A stretch of DNA of 64,000 bases from an uncultured bacterium (GCA_943788175.1 CALSPG010000007.1:346258-410257); one strand, 5' to 3'. Counted from the stretch's first letter, positions 10,826 through 21,091 are shown. Notes: generated by a model not told the origin, from the letters alone. Made by a program: numbers and translations.

Positions 10826-11368
10826 ATGTCAAATTTAAAAGAGACAAAAATAAACTCTAAAGTTGTTTATGAAGGTGACTTTTTAGATGTTAGGAAAGAC
10901 AATGTTCTTCTTCCTAATGGAGAAAAAGGAAATCGTGAATGGATAAATCATCCTGGTGCTTCTGTCATAATACCTGTATTTCCTGATGGAAAAATTGCAT
11001 TAATTAGGCAATTTAGATATGCGGTCGGTTCTGAGTTCATTGAGCTGCCGGCGGGTAAATTAGACCTAGGAGAAAATCCTTTAGAATGCGCAAAAAGAGA
11101 GCTTGAAGAAGAAATTGGTTATAAATCAAATAATATAGAATTCATTGCAAATATTCATCCTGCAATTGGATTCGCAAATGAAAAAATGAACTTATTTTTG
11201 GCTACAGACTTAGTTCAAACAAAACAGAATAAAGACGCAGATGAATTCATTGATTTAATTCCAGTTAATCTAGAAAAAGCATTAGAACTAGTTTGGTCCA
11301 ATAAAATTACTGATGTAAAAACAATTATTGGAATATTATGGTATCAAAAAATTTATAATAATGATTAA
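10826..11368 (+). CDS. nudF: NUDIX hydrolase (ADP-ribose pyrophosphatase)
   Basis: Nudix box GKLDLGENPLECAKRELEEEIG; HPGA and RQFRYAV motifs. Confidence 0.85.
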   Translation: MSNLKETKINSKVVYEGDFLDVRKDNVLLPNGEKGNREWINHPGASVIIPVFPDGKIALIRQFRYAVGSEFIELPAGKLDLGENPLECAKRELEEEIGYKSNNIEFIANIHPAIGFANEKMNLFLATDLVQTKQNKDADEFIDLIPVNLEKALELVWSNKITDVKTIIGILWYQKIYNND

Positions 11369-11396
11369 TAATGATTAATAAAAACAGATAAATAAA

Positions 11397-12068
11397 ATGA
11401 TAAAATTTCTATTAATTATTTTTTTCTTTACCATATTAAATGCTCAATCAAATATTGAGACCGTTGTGGTTGGAGATAGGGGTTATAATTTTGGTGGAAT
11501 TTTTAATATTTATGATAATGGAATTGATTTAGAGGCATTTGCTAATACAGAAAATAAATATGGCGTTTATGCAAATATATGGCTTGGTCAGATAGACTAT
11601 TATACTAATACAAGGTTGATTTCAAATAACTCTTTTGGCATGAGCAACACTTTATTAAAGAACGTATCATTCGATTTTGGAATTGGCCAAAATATTACTT
11701 TTGAAAATCAAATGAAAAAATCTATAGAAATTTATATTGGTTTAGATATTAAAGATTTTTCCTTATACGCTTTTTTTGAAGATGAAAGTTTAGAATATGA
11801 GGCTTGGCTTAAACCAAACTTTGGTATTTTAAATGAAAAAAATTTTAATTTTTTATTATATAGCTCTTTTGATCAGAATGGATATGAAGCAAGTATTGAT
11901 GTGTCTAGTCAATTAAATCAAAAATTAATTACAGGACTAATTTTTGGATATGAGGTCTTTAAAGAGACTGTGAATTATCAAAAAGGCGTTGACTTAAAAA
12001 CATACAGCATAACGAATAACTACAATAGAGTATTCCTTTCTATATATTTAGGGCTTTTATATAGTTAA
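11397..12068 (+). CDS. hypothetical protein, probable outer-membrane beta-barrel
   Basis: Signal peptide, alternating aromatic/hydrophobic strands, C-terminal VFLSIYLGLLYS. Confidence 0.5.
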   Translation: MIKFLLIIFFFTILNAQSNIETVVVGDRGYNFGGIFNIYDNGIDLEAFANTENKYGVYANIWLGQIDYYTNTRLISNNSFGMSNTLLKNVSFDFGIGQNITFENQMKKSIEIYIGLDIKDFSLYAFFEDESLEYEAWLKPNFGILNEKNFNFLLYSSFDQNGYEASIDVSSQLNQKLITGLIFGYEVFKETVNYQKGVDLKTYSITNNYNRVFLSIYLGLLYS

Positions 12069-12075
12069 TTTTTAA

Positions 12076-13005
12076 ATGACAATAAATTCAGAAGATGTAA
12101 AAAGAAAAGCATTCGAGCTCGGGTTCCATAAGGTTGGTATTGCTAGGGCTGCTGAAACAAAAGCTGAAAATAAAAAGCTTAAGCAATGGCTTGATGAAAA
12201 AAAGCATGCTGAAATGGCTTGGGTTGAAAAAAGAAAAACAGAAAGAGGAAATATTTTTAATTATTTTTCTGAAGCTAGAACTGTGATCTCTTTAGGGATG
12301 AATTATTATGTTGGTAAAGATCAATCAGATTTAAAAAGTAATTATAAATTCAGTAATTATGCATGGGGGGATGATTATCATTCTGTTATAAAATCAAAAA
12401 TCTTTTCCTTACTTGAGTTTATAAAGCAAAGTATGCCAACTGCTAAGGGTTTAGTTTGCGTAGACACTGCACCAATTATGGAAAAAGTTTGGGCTCAAAG
12501 AGCAGGGTTGGGCTGGCAAGGTAAACACACTAATTTAATAAGTACTGATTTCGGGAGTTGGCTCTTTTTAGGTGAGTTAGTGATTGATTTTGATTTAGAT
12601 TTTGATAAACCATTTACAAAAGACCTTTGTGGTAGTTGTACGGCTTGTATAGATGCTTGTCCGACTCAGGCATTAGGCGAATATGTTTTAGATGCAAACA
12701 AATGTATAAGCTATTTAACGATTGAGCATCGAGGTGAATTTTCGGAAGAACAGAGCAATCTAGATGGTTGGATATATGGATGTGATATTTGTCAAGAGGT
12801 TTGTCCTTGGAATATTTCATTTTCAAAAATAAGCGAAGAGAAATATTTTGAACCAAGAAGTGATATTGTTAACAACACTAATCAAAAATGGGAAAATATG
12901 AATCAATCAGACTTTACTACTACATTTAAAAATTCGGCAGCGAAGCGAACAAAATTAAATGGATTAAAAAGAAACATTAGTAATGTAAAAGAAGCTGATA
13001 AATGA
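12076..13005 (+). CDS. queG: tRNA epoxyqueuosine(34) reductase
   Basis: YAWGDDYH, VDTAPIMEK, CGSCTACIDACPT, CISYLTIE, GCDICQEVCPWN. Confidence 0.95.
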   Translation: MTINSEDVKRKAFELGFHKVGIARAAETKAENKKLKQWLDEKKHAEMAWVEKRKTERGNIFNYFSEARTVISLGMNYYVGKDQSDLKSNYKFSNYAWGDDYHSVIKSKIFSLLEFIKQSMPTAKGLVCVDTAPIMEKVWAQRAGLGWQGKHTNLISTDFGSWLFLGELVIDFDLDFDKPFTKDLCGSCTACIDACPTQALGEYVLDANKCISYLTIEHRGEFSEEQSNLDGWIYGCDICQEVCPWNISFSKISEEKYFEPRSDIVNNTNQKWENMNQSDFTTTFKNSAAKRTKLNGLKRNISNVKEADK

Positions 13006-13006
13006 A

Positions 13007-13885
13007 CTAATGTTTTTTTACTATCGATATATCGACTGATCCAATACCAACTGAAATTTCAATATTCATTGATGACCAACGTTTCTGATAGTCTTTACTT
13101 TCATATCTTCCTTCTCCTATCGATACTAAATCTTTCACATTAACAGAACTAAGCATATTTTGATTTATTGATAGATTGATATTTGTATTTGAGGGAAGTC
13201 TTAGCTCTAGAGACCCAACGCTGACTTCAATTTTTACAATAGCATCGTTGTTCACTGATCCAGACATATCTATTTCTGCAGATCCCATTCCCACGTCAAA
13301 AGTATATTTAGAAGAATTAAAATTCCCTAGTCCGAAGCTATTAAAGTCAGAGATACCAGTAGAAATATGAATATTGTCACAACTAATAATATTGGGTTTC
13401 TTAGATACAAGAGTAACATCGCTTAACCCACAATCCATAATTAAATTAGAAATACGTATACCCGAAAAATCAATATCAACTTTACCTAATCCAAAGTTAA
13501 AATTCATATCAGTTTCAATTTTTGTTGGTAAATGAAAATTAATCTTATAATTATCATTTCCTTTATTAATCAAATTGCTTAGTGTGCTTGCGGAAGCACT
13601 AGAACTATTTGGTTTTACCTTTAGATCTAATCTTGCAATATTATTTTTATCTGAAAACTTTAACTGTGGCTCTGGCATTTCAGCGTTATAAAATATATCA
13701 CCGTTAACGACATATCGATTATTGCTTGGCCTAATTTTTAAATTTCCAATACTGCAATCAAAATAGACTCGAATAGCATCATATTTTTCTAATTTATATT
13801 GATATTCTAAAGACTTTATATTTTTTGAATCGCCATATATAAATAGGGATATAAGAAAAAAGGTTATTAGAAATCGAAGATTCAA
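13007..13885 (-). CDS. exported beta-solenoid ('toast rack'/LiaF-DUF4097-like) protein
   Basis: TTG start, signal peptide, repeated xxGxGxxxI strands (FGLGKVDID, VGMGSAEID, VGIGSVDI). Confidence 0.6.
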   Translation of the reverse strand: MNLRFLITFFLISLFIYGDSKNIKSLEYQYKLEKYDAIRVYFDCSIGNLKIRPSNNRYVVNGDIFYNAEMPEPQLKFSDKNNIARLDLKVKPNSSSASASTLSNLINKGNDNYKINFHLPTKIETDMNFNFGLGKVDIDFSGIRISNLIMDCGLSDVTLVSKKPNIISCDNIHISTGISDFNSFGLGNFNSSKYTFDVGMGSAEIDMSGSVNNDAIVKIEVSVGSLELRLPSNTNINLSINQNMLSSVNVKDLVSIGEGRYESKDYQKRWSSMNIEISVGIGSVDISIVKKH

Positions 13886-13897
13886 TTAAGTCTAATA

Positions 13898-15133
13898 TCA
13901 ATCAGTATATATTGATATAGGTCCATAATTAGATGATAGGTTGCAATTTATTGTACCTTCTTTTATTTTACCTAGTGCCACTACCTTGGCGGCTAAAAAC
14001 TCCTCTTCAAGTGGTATCTCTGAATTGATAGCACTTCTTGTTTCTAGATTATGGCATTGGGAGTTTATGTTATATGGTAAACCTGAAGGTAAGCGAATTG
14101 AAATTGAACCACGCTTTGTAATTAAATCAATTGAATGGTCAGTTAAAAATGAGTTGTATCCTTTATTAATTAGAATATCTCCAAATTCAGAGTTAACATT
14201 TACTCTACCAAAAAGATTTGCGCCATTTATATTTCCAAAATTTGTGTTACAATTAACATTGCCTATAATATTATTTAAATTAATTTGGCCCTTTCCTGTA
14301 AAAATTGTCATAGAACCATGTAGGTCATTGACGTCAATATTTCCAATATCAATTTTGGCGGTAAGGTCTGATTTACAATTGGTGATTTTAAGGCTACCTA
14401 CATTTATATTAATTTCGCAAAGATCACCTTCAAAGTTTGAAATTAGAGTTTCTCCTAATGTAGTACTAGATATGAGCTTTCCCCGAGCGCCATTAATGAT
14501 AATATTACCATTCTCAATATTTGTTATTGTGTTTGAACTACAATCAAATAGCTCTATGTCTCCACTAATTACATTTAATTGAACAGAACCAGATAGTTTC
14601 TTTGCGATAATATTACCGTCCTTAGTGTTAAAATTAATATTACCTGATAAGTTGGCTAATTTTGAATCGGTACTCTCTGATTTTATAGCCAATGTACCTC
14701 TTAGTTTACTTATTGATAAGTCACTATTTTTTATTTCACCTCTTATATTTGAATTAATTGGAAGGTGTAAATCGATTTTTGAAATGATTTTATGATCATA
14801 CTTATCTGATACTTTTTTTATACGGATTATTTTCTCATTTTCATCATGATAAACATTTATTTGACTATTTCGAAGTATAGAAATAGCATTTTTATTGCTA
14901 AGGGCATGGACCTTATTATCAATGATTAAATGTGTTCCTGACCCAGCATGGCCAATAATATTTATAACACCATTTATTTTTTCTAAAATAAATGTGTAAG
15001 CACCATTATCTAATACTTCATCAAAGCTATACTCGACTGCAGACCTATAAAGATTTTTTTCTTCTTCTTGAACAAAAATACCTTGAGAGAACGAATAAGA
15101 AAGGAGTAGCCATAAGCTTAGTGTGAATTTCAT
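13898..15133 (-). CDS. DUF4097-like beta-strand repeat protein
   Basis: Signal peptide; repeated TxxGxIxI/LxGxL units. Confidence 0.7.
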   Translation of the reverse strand: MKFTLSLWLLLSYSFSQGIFVQEEEKNLYRSAVEYSFDEVLDNGAYTFILEKINGVINIIGHAGSGTHLIIDNKVHALSNKNAISILRNSQINVYHDENEKIIRIKKVSDKYDHKIISKIDLHLPINSNIRGEIKNSDLSISKLRGTLAIKSESTDSKLANLSGNINFNTKDGNIIAKKLSGSVQLNVISGDIELFDCSSNTITNIENGNIIINGARGKLISSTTLGETLISNFEGDLCEININVGSLKITNCKSDLTAKIDIGNIDVNDLHGSMTIFTGKGQINLNNIIGNVNCNTNFGNINGANLFGRVNVNSEFGDILINKGYNSFLTDHSIDLITKRGSISIRLPSGLPYNINSQCHNLETRSAINSEIPLEEEFLAAKVVALGKIKEGTINCNLSSNYGPISIYTD

Positions 15134-15181
15134 ATATTAAATAATGTCTATACTCCTGATAAAAGTTTAATTAAAAAAACC

Positions 15182-16117
15182 TTACAGATTTGTTTCTGCA
15201 ACTGTCCTTTTTACAGCGTCCAGAGTATTAGCTAAGTCTGATTTTTCTTCATCTGTAAGACTGAATTCTATTATTTTTTCAATTCCACCAGATCCAATTA
15301 CTGTTGGCACGCCAATAAAGTAACCATCTATTCCAAATTCCCCTTCACAAAGTGCTGCGCTAGGGATAACTCTTTTTTTATCTTTTAGATAAGATTCAGC
15401 CATTTCAATAGCACACTGGGCAGGAGCATAAAATGCAGATCCATTACCGAACAGTTTTACCAGCTCTCCACCAGCAAATCTAGTTCTATCTTCGATTTCT
15501 TTAAGTCTTTTTGCATCAATCAAATCTGTTACTGGAACCCCTCCAATGGTTGCTAATCGTGTTATTGGCACCATACTATCTCCATGGCCTCCTAATACCA
15601 TACAACTAACATCTTGCGCAGAAAGTCCAGTTTCCATAGCTAAAAACGCGCGAAATCTACCTGAATCTAGAGCACCAGCCATGCCAACTACTTTGCTTTT
15701 ATCAAAACCAGATACTTTATGAAAAGCATATACCATAGCATCTAAAGGGTTTGATATAACAATTACAAACGCGTTTGGTGCATATTTTTTAACATTAGAG
15801 GCTACATCTTTTATAATACCAAGATTAATTGACATTAAATCTTCTCTATCCATTCCAGGTTTTCTTGGGATACCAGCCGTAATAATGACAACATCTGAAC
15901 CTTTAATGTCACTGTAATCCGAAGTCCCAGATAATTCAGAATCATACCCATCATGTGGTCTTAGTTGCATGATATCTAATGCTTTGCCTTTAACCATACC
16001 TTCGGATTGAGGAATATCAAATATAACCACATCGCCAAGTTCTTTCTGAGCGGCTATGAGAGCTAAGTTTCCACCAATTTGTCCACCACCGATCATTGTT
16101 AATTTTTTTCTACCCAT
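15182..16117 (-). CDS. mdh: malate dehydrogenase (LDH-like)
   Basis: IGGGQIGG, TAGIPRKPGMDREDL, ISNPLDAM, LDSGR, LGGHGD. Confidence 0.95.
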   Translation of the reverse strand: MGRKKLTMIGGGQIGGNLALIAAQKELGDVVIFDIPQSEGMVKGKALDIMQLRPHDGYDSELSGTSDYSDIKGSDVVIITAGIPRKPGMDREDLMSINLGIIKDVASNVKKYAPNAFVIVISNPLDAMVYAFHKVSGFDKSKVVGMAGALDSGRFRAFLAMETGLSAQDVSCMVLGGHGDSMVPITRLATIGGVPVTDLIDAKRLKEIEDRTRFAGGELVKLFGNGSAFYAPAQCAIEMAESYLKDKKRVIPSAALCEGEFGIDGYFIGVPTVIGSGGIEKIIEFSLTDEEKSDLANTLDAVKRTVAETNL

Positions 16118-16180
16118 GATTATATTTCTCCATTATTTTATTGAAAGGCCTATTAGAAGCTATGAATATTATTTTATAAC

Positions 16181-16207
16181 AAAAAAGCCTCACAATAGTG
16201 AGGCTTT
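16181..16207 (-). terminator. intrinsic terminator downstream of rpmA
   Basis: aaagcctcac-aata-gtgaggcttt hairpin, followed by a U-tract on the minus strand. Confidence 0.8.
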
Positions 16208-16239
16208 AATTATTTTTACTGTACCAAAAAAATCTAATG

Positions 16240-16491
16240 TTAGATTACTATGTTTACAACTTTTCTATCTCTACCTTTGCGTTTAAACTCAACTATTCCA
16301 TCTTTCAAAGCAAATAAAGAATCATCATTTGCTCTTTTAACATTTGTACCAGGGTGAACCTTAGTTCCGCGCTGTTTAAGAATGATTGAACCGGCTAAAA
16401 TTGATTGCCCATTTCCTACTTTTAATCCAAGACGTTTTGCATTAGAGTCTCTTCCGTTTCTTGAACTACCTTGACCTTTTTTATGTGCCAT
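16240..16491 (-). CDS. rpmA: 50S ribosomal protein L27
   Basis: [22 protein letters not shown]. Confidence 0.98.
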   Translation of the reverse strand: MAHKKGQGSSRNGRDSNAKRLGLKVGNGQSILAGSIILKQRGTKVHPGTNVKRANDDSLFALKDGIVEFKRKGRDRKVVNIVI

Positions 16492-16496
16492 GAGAT

Positions 16497-16946
16497 TTAC
16501 TTATCTTCTTTTTTAGGTTTAGCTGCTGGTTTAGCTGCTGGTTTAGCTGCTGGTTTAGCTGCTGGTTTAGCTGCTGGTTTAGCTGCTGGTTTAGCTGCTG
16601 GTTTAGCTGCTGGTTTAGCTGCTGGTTTAGCTTTCGCAATTTGAATATTTTGAACTTCCAAGTTAGTATACCATTGTCTATGACCATTTTTACGAGCATA
16701 CCCTTTTCGTCGCTTCTTTTTGTAGACCAAAATTTTTCTCTCTCTGCCATGATCAATAACTGTAGCGGTAACTTTTGCACCAGCTACTTTTGGACTGCCA
16801 AAACTTGTAGATCTTCCATCATGAACCATTAACACATCATCCAGAATAATTTTCTTGCCTTCTTCTAATGATAATTTTGGTACACAAAGCTTCGAACCTT
16901 TTTCAGCTTTGAATTGTTTACCTGATATATTTACTATTGCATACAT
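16497..16946 (-). CDS. rplU: 50S ribosomal protein L21 with C-terminal (AKPA)n tail
   Basis: [13 protein letters not shown]...[19 protein letters not shown]. Start moved to ATG 16946. Confidence 0.96.
   Translation of the reverse strand: MYAIVNISGKQFKAEKGSKLCVPKLSLEEGKKIILDDVLMVHDGRSTSFGSPKVAGAKVTATVIDHGRERKILVYKKKRRKGYARKNGHRQWYTNLEVQNIQIAKAKPAAKPAAKPAAKPAAKPAAKPAAKPAAKPAAKPAAKPKKEDK
16516..16632. repeat. perfect 12-bp tandem repeat (ggtttagctgct) x9 plus 9 bp, encoding AKPA repeats in L21
   Basis: Read directly from the sequence. Confidence 0.97.
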
Positions 16947-16975
16947 AACTTTTAGAGCTGGCAAACTTAACCTAT

Positions 16976-18505
16976 TTAAGCATCCTTATCAAGTGACATT
17001 TCATTTGTTATGTCTTTTCCTGATCTTGATTTAATAAATCTAAACTCATCCCTTCTTAAATCTTTGTTCGTTTCTATCTTGATATGAACAAAATTTTTCC
17101 ACATTAATCCTCTTAAAATATTTTTTTTATCATTTTCAATATAATGTGCATTTTCTTTGTGCAATTGTAAAATAATTCTTAAGTCTCTGTGTTTACTTTT
17201 ATATCTTCTAAGCCAGTGCTCGATTCTGGTAATGAGTGCTTCTTTTGAAATAATTCTTCCTGACCCGAAACATGAAGGACATTCCTCGCTCATAGAATCT
17301 AACAAACTGACCCGTATTCTTTGTCTTGTCATTTCTAACAACCCAAACTCTGTTATTGGTGATACTGCTACTTTGGCTCTATCCTTTCTAAGTTCTTTTC
17401 TAAGTTCATGATATATTTTTTTTCTGTTTTCTTCAAGACGCATATCTATAAAGTCTATGACAACTAATCCGGAAAGATCTCTTAGTCTTAATTGTCTTGC
17501 TACTTCTCGAGCCGCTTCAAGATTAATTTTTAGTGAATTATCTTCATGCAGTTTTTTTCCAACAAATTTTCCGCTGTTCACATCTACAACTACCATTGCT
17601 TCTGTTTTTTCAATAATTAGATAGGCACCGCTTTTTAACCAGGCTTTTGGTCTCATTAATTTTTCTATTTCTGATTCGATACCAAAACTTTCGAAAAGCG
17701 GTAGTTTTAGTTTATACATTTCAAGACGATCGGCGAGACTAGGCGAAACTTCTTCAAGATATTTTTGTGTTTTTTTGAAGAGTCTTTTTGAGTCAATTAT
17801 AATTTTTTCAACATCTGGTGTAAGTAGATCTCTAACAACACTTGAAGCTGTTTCTAAGTCTTCGTAAACCAATGCTGGTGCATTTTCATTTTCAGCAACC
17901 TTTGCTACTTTATTCCAGCTATTTAAAAGAGAATTAAAATCATTTACTATATGCTCTTCACTTTTTCCTTCTGCAACAGTCCGAATGATAATTCCAGTAT
18001 CTTTTTGTCTAAGACTCTTAGCAATCTTTTTTAATCGCCTTCTCTCAAATTTGTCCCATATTTTTTTTGATATACCAATGTAGTTTTCGTGAGGGACTAA
18101 AACTAATAACCTTCCCGGAATCGCTACTTCTGTGGTAACTCTAGGCCCTTTTCCTGCAAAAGGCTCCTTGATTACCTGAACAAAGATTTCTTGATTTGTT
18201 CGAAGGTCAACTTCAATATTATCCGGTTTACCTCTCTTTTTTTTATTCTCTTCTGAATCGTCTTCTATTATGTAATCTGGGTTTGCAATTTCTGAAAAAG
18301 GTAAAAAGGCATTTAAGTCATATCCAATATCAACAAATGCTGCTTGCATACCAGGCAAAACATTTTCGACTTTGCCTTTGTAGATATTCCCAACCATACG
18401 CTGTTTATCTTGACGTTCAATATAAACTTCGACGATTTTGCCATCTTCTTGAATAGCAATTCTCGTTTCGCCCATACTCTCATTAATAAAAATCTCTTTT
18501 TTCAT
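16976..18505 (-). CDS. rng: Rne/Rng family ribonuclease (RNase G-like)
   Basis: VGNIYKGKVENVLPGMQAAFVDIG S1 domain, VDVNSG, RQLRLRDLSGLVVIDFIDM, CPSCFGSG. Confidence 0.92.
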   Translation of the reverse strand: MKKEIFINESMGETRIAIQEDGKIVEVYIERQDKQRMVGNIYKGKVENVLPGMQAAFVDIGYDLNAFLPFSEIANPDYIIEDDSEENKKKRGKPDNIEVDLRTNQEIFVQVIKEPFAGKGPRVTTEVAIPGRLLVLVPHENYIGISKKIWDKFERRRLKKIAKSLRQKDTGIIIRTVAEGKSEEHIVNDFNSLLNSWNKVAKVAENENAPALVYEDLETASSVVRDLLTPDVEKIIIDSKRLFKKTQKYLEEVSPSLADRLEMYKLKLPLFESFGIESEIEKLMRPKAWLKSGAYLIIEKTEAMVVVDVNSGKFVGKKLHEDNSLKINLEAAREVARQLRLRDLSGLVVIDFIDMRLEENRKKIYHELRKELRKDRAKVAVSPITEFGLLEMTRQRIRVSLLDSMSEECPSCFGSGRIISKEALITRIEHWLRRYKSKHRDLRIILQLHKENAHYIENDKKNILRGLMWKNFVHIKIETNKDLRRDEFRFIKSRSGKDITNEMSLDKDA

Positions 18506-18725
18506 TATAATTCACCTACTTCTTGGCTTTTATAATAGGATTGCTCGCGCTAAAGGTGCGGGCAGTACCAGAATAAAAGCAATTTATATATACTATATTA
18601 GGGAGAGTAGATAGGTAAGAAATTTTGTCCCGTTTATTAATGGGATGATAAAAAAGTTGTCAATGTCGTCAGAAAAAATATGAAAATTTGTTTTCCTTCT
18701 AATCTCCGTCTCTATTAAAAAATAC
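18506..18725 (-). promoter_or_regulatory. putative structured 5' leader of rng
   Basis: Complementary segments 18526-18533/18573-18580 and 18602-18615/18695-18707; TAACTT on the minus strand at 18729-18734. Confidence 0.4.
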
Positions 18726-18831
18726 GCGAAGTTATGAATGGTATTCAAGGTAAATAAAAAAATAATTAATACATGAATACATAAATATTCAAATTAATTT
18801 TAAATATAATATTTAACTTTTTAATTAAAAT

Positions 18832-19521
18832 ATGAAACAAATTATAGCTATAGGTGGTGGTGGTTTCGGTCGCAATCCAAATCAAAGAATAATAGAAAAA
18901 TATATAATTGATCAATCAAGTGAAAGCAGACCAAATGTTCTCTTTGTTCCGACGGCAAGCGCTGAGGATAAATCATATACAGTAAATTTTTATTCATGTT
19001 TTAATGGCTTAGATTGTAATCCTAGTCACTTAAACCTTTTTCAAAGAACGCCAAGAATAGAGGGGTTAATTAACAAGGCCGATATAATCTATGTTGGAGG
19101 AGGTAATACTAAAAGTATGCTCGCTGTTTGGAAAGAATGGAAATTAGATAAGCTTTTATTTAAGGCCTACAACGATGGCACTGTCTTAGCCGGCGTTAGC
19201 GCAGGCGCTATTTGCTGGTTTGATACTGGAATTACTGATTCTTGGGCGAGTAATTTAAATTACATTGATTGTCTGGGAATATTGCCAGGGAGTTGTTGTC
19301 CTCACTATGATTCAGAAAAAGATAGAAGGCCAAGTGTTCATAAATTTATTGAGCATGAAAAAATAAAATCAGTGTATGCCATTGAAGATGGCGCAGCTAT
19401 TCACTTTGTAGATGATGCCCCTTACAAAAACATTTCATTTTTTAAAAATTCCAAGGTGTTTTTTGTAGATAAACAAAACTCAATTGTTCAAGAAAAACCT
19501 CAAAAAATGGTAAGTATTTAA
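18832..19521 (+). CDS. pepE: peptidase E (S51 family)
   Basis: IIAIGGGG, YVGGGNT, GVSAGAICW, CPHYD. Confidence 0.85.
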   Translation: MKQIIAIGGGGFGRNPNQRIIEKYIIDQSSESRPNVLFVPTASAEDKSYTVNFYSCFNGLDCNPSHLNLFQRTPRIEGLINKADIIYVGGGNTKSMLAVWKEWKLDKLLFKAYNDGTVLAGVSAGAICWFDTGITDSWASNLNYIDCLGILPGSCCPHYDSEKDRRPSVHKFIEHEKIKSVYAIEDGAAIHFVDDAPYKNISFFKNSKVFFVDKQNSIVQEKPQKMVSI

Positions 19522-19524
19522 TTA

Positions 19525-20331
19525 ATGCCTCAAGATGACAAATTAATTTTAGAAAAAGATTTATTGATTGCTATAAAAGCATCAAAAAATGCTGGTGAAA
19601 TAATTATGAAGTATTACCGGCATGATTATGAAATCAAAGAAAAAGGTTATCATAATCCTGTCACCACTGCAGATAATGAAGCAGATGATTATTTGAAAAA
19701 GACCCTTGTTGGAGCCAGGCCTAGTTATGGTTGGTTATCTGAGGAGACTGTAGATTCAAAAGACAGATTAAAAAAAGAAAAAGTCTGGATTGTTGACCCC
19801 CTAGATGGGACGAAGGAATTCATAGAGGGTGTTCCTCAATTTGTAGTAAGTGTTGGTCTAGTAAAAAACGGAAAACCGATCGTCGGGATTTTGCATAACC
19901 CTGTTACGGGTGAAACATTTCATGCGAGCGAGGGCTCTGGTACTTTTTTAAACAATGAAAAATTTAAAGTATCAGAAAAAGACAGTACAAAAGAAATGAC
20001 AATTCTAAATAGCCGTTCAGAATCTAGAAGAGGATTATGGGAGCCGTTTAAAGAAAACTTTAAAAAACTAGAGCCAATTGGAAGTGTTGCATATAAAATG
20101 GGACTAACTGCTGTAGGTAAAGCTGATGTTTTTGCTACGCTTCGCCCCAAAAATGAGTGGGATGTATGCGCTGGAGTTTGTTTAATTAATGAGGCTGGTG
20201 GCAAGGCTATCAATTTAAAAAATGGTCAAGAACTAAATTTTAATAATGAGAAAACTTTAATTGAACCTGGTATTATTGCTGGTTATAATTTATCTGTAGA
20301 TAAAACGTTTAAAGTATTGAGTCAAAAATAA
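19525..20331 (+). CDS. cysQ: inositol monophosphatase/CysQ family 3'(2'),5'-bisphosphate nucleotidase
   Basis: PVTTAD, LSEE, WIVDPLDGTKEF, EWDVCAG. Confidence 0.8.
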   Translation: MPQDDKLILEKDLLIAIKASKNAGEIIMKYYRHDYEIKEKGYHNPVTTADNEADDYLKKTLVGARPSYGWLSEETVDSKDRLKKEKVWIVDPLDGTKEFIEGVPQFVVSVGLVKNGKPIVGILHNPVTGETFHASEGSGTFLNNEKFKVSEKDSTKEMTILNSRSESRRGLWEPFKENFKKLEPIGSVAYKMGLTAVGKADVFATLRPKNEWDVCAGVCLINEAGGKAINLKNGQELNFNNEKTLIEPGIIAGYNLSVDKTFKVLSQK

Positions 20332-20349
20332 ATTACGATAGGAATTAAA

Positions 20350-21063
20350 ATGAGTAATGTTGATAACGAAAAAGTACTAGACAAGGGTTATATTGAAGTC
20401 GTTGATGTGTTAGGCGATGATCTTACGCCCGTAAATGCGGCAAGAGTTTCATTTGGGGGACGGTCGAAAGAATTTACAAGCAAGGATAGAAGGCTTTCAA
20501 AGTATCTTATTAAGCACAAGCATTTTTCACCATTTAGACATCAGCATGTGATGATGATTATTAAAGCCCCAGAATTTGTAATGAGACAATGGTATAAACA
20601 TGTTGTAGGTATTGAGACGACATCAGATCATCCTACAAAAGATCATGCTTGGAATGAAATAAGTGGAAGATATGTTGAATACTCTGATTTCTATATGCCT
20701 GAAAACTTTCGTGCTCAATCTGACGATAATAAACAGGCAAGCGAGGGTTTAGTAGAAGATCAAAGTGGTGCGCAAACTCTATGGAGCGAGGCTCAACACA
20801 GGTCCATAGATGCCTACGAAAAAATGATTGAAATGGGTGTTGCGAAAGAGCAAGCAAGGAGTATTCTTCCTTTAACTGTCTATACTCAGGTATGGTGGAC
20901 AGCCTCTTTCCAATCCATTATGAATTTTATTGAGCTCAGAGATGAAGCAACTGCTCAAATTGAGATTCAAGAATATGCAAAGGCATTGAAAAAAATTATG
21001 TTAAATGTTTTTCCGGAAACAACAAAATTATGGCAAGAAGTTTACTGGGATAACCAAGATTAG
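20350..21063 (+). CDS. thyX: FAD-dependent thymidylate synthase (variant motif)
   Basis: VNAARVSF, HFSPF, APEFVMRQW, NEISGRY, KEQARSILP, AQIEIQEYA. Confidence 0.92.
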   Translation: MSNVDNEKVLDKGYIEVVDVLGDDLTPVNAARVSFGGRSKEFTSKDRRLSKYLIKHKHFSPFRHQHVMMIIKAPEFVMRQWYKHVVGIETTSDHPTKDHAWNEISGRYVEYSDFYMPENFRAQSDDNKQASEGLVEDQSGAQTLWSEAQHRSIDAYEKMIEMGVAKEQARSILPLTVYTQVWWTASFQSIMNFIELRDEATAQIEIQEYAKALKKIMLNVFPETTKLWQEVYWDNQD

Positions 21064-21091
21064 ATACAATTCAAATTAAATAACTTATCTT

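Noticed and set aside
11357-11381. Short duplication (taataatgat)x2 at the nudF stop
   Set aside because: Low-complexity AT-rich sequence with no sign of function.
13941-14582. 213-aa plus-strand ORF
   Set aside because: Antisense shadow of the DUF4097-like gene, with no recognisable motifs. The same applies to the other short antisense ORFs in the track.
16481-16780. ORF with (LNQQ)n repeats
   Set aside because: Alternative reading frame of the rplU 12-bp repeat.
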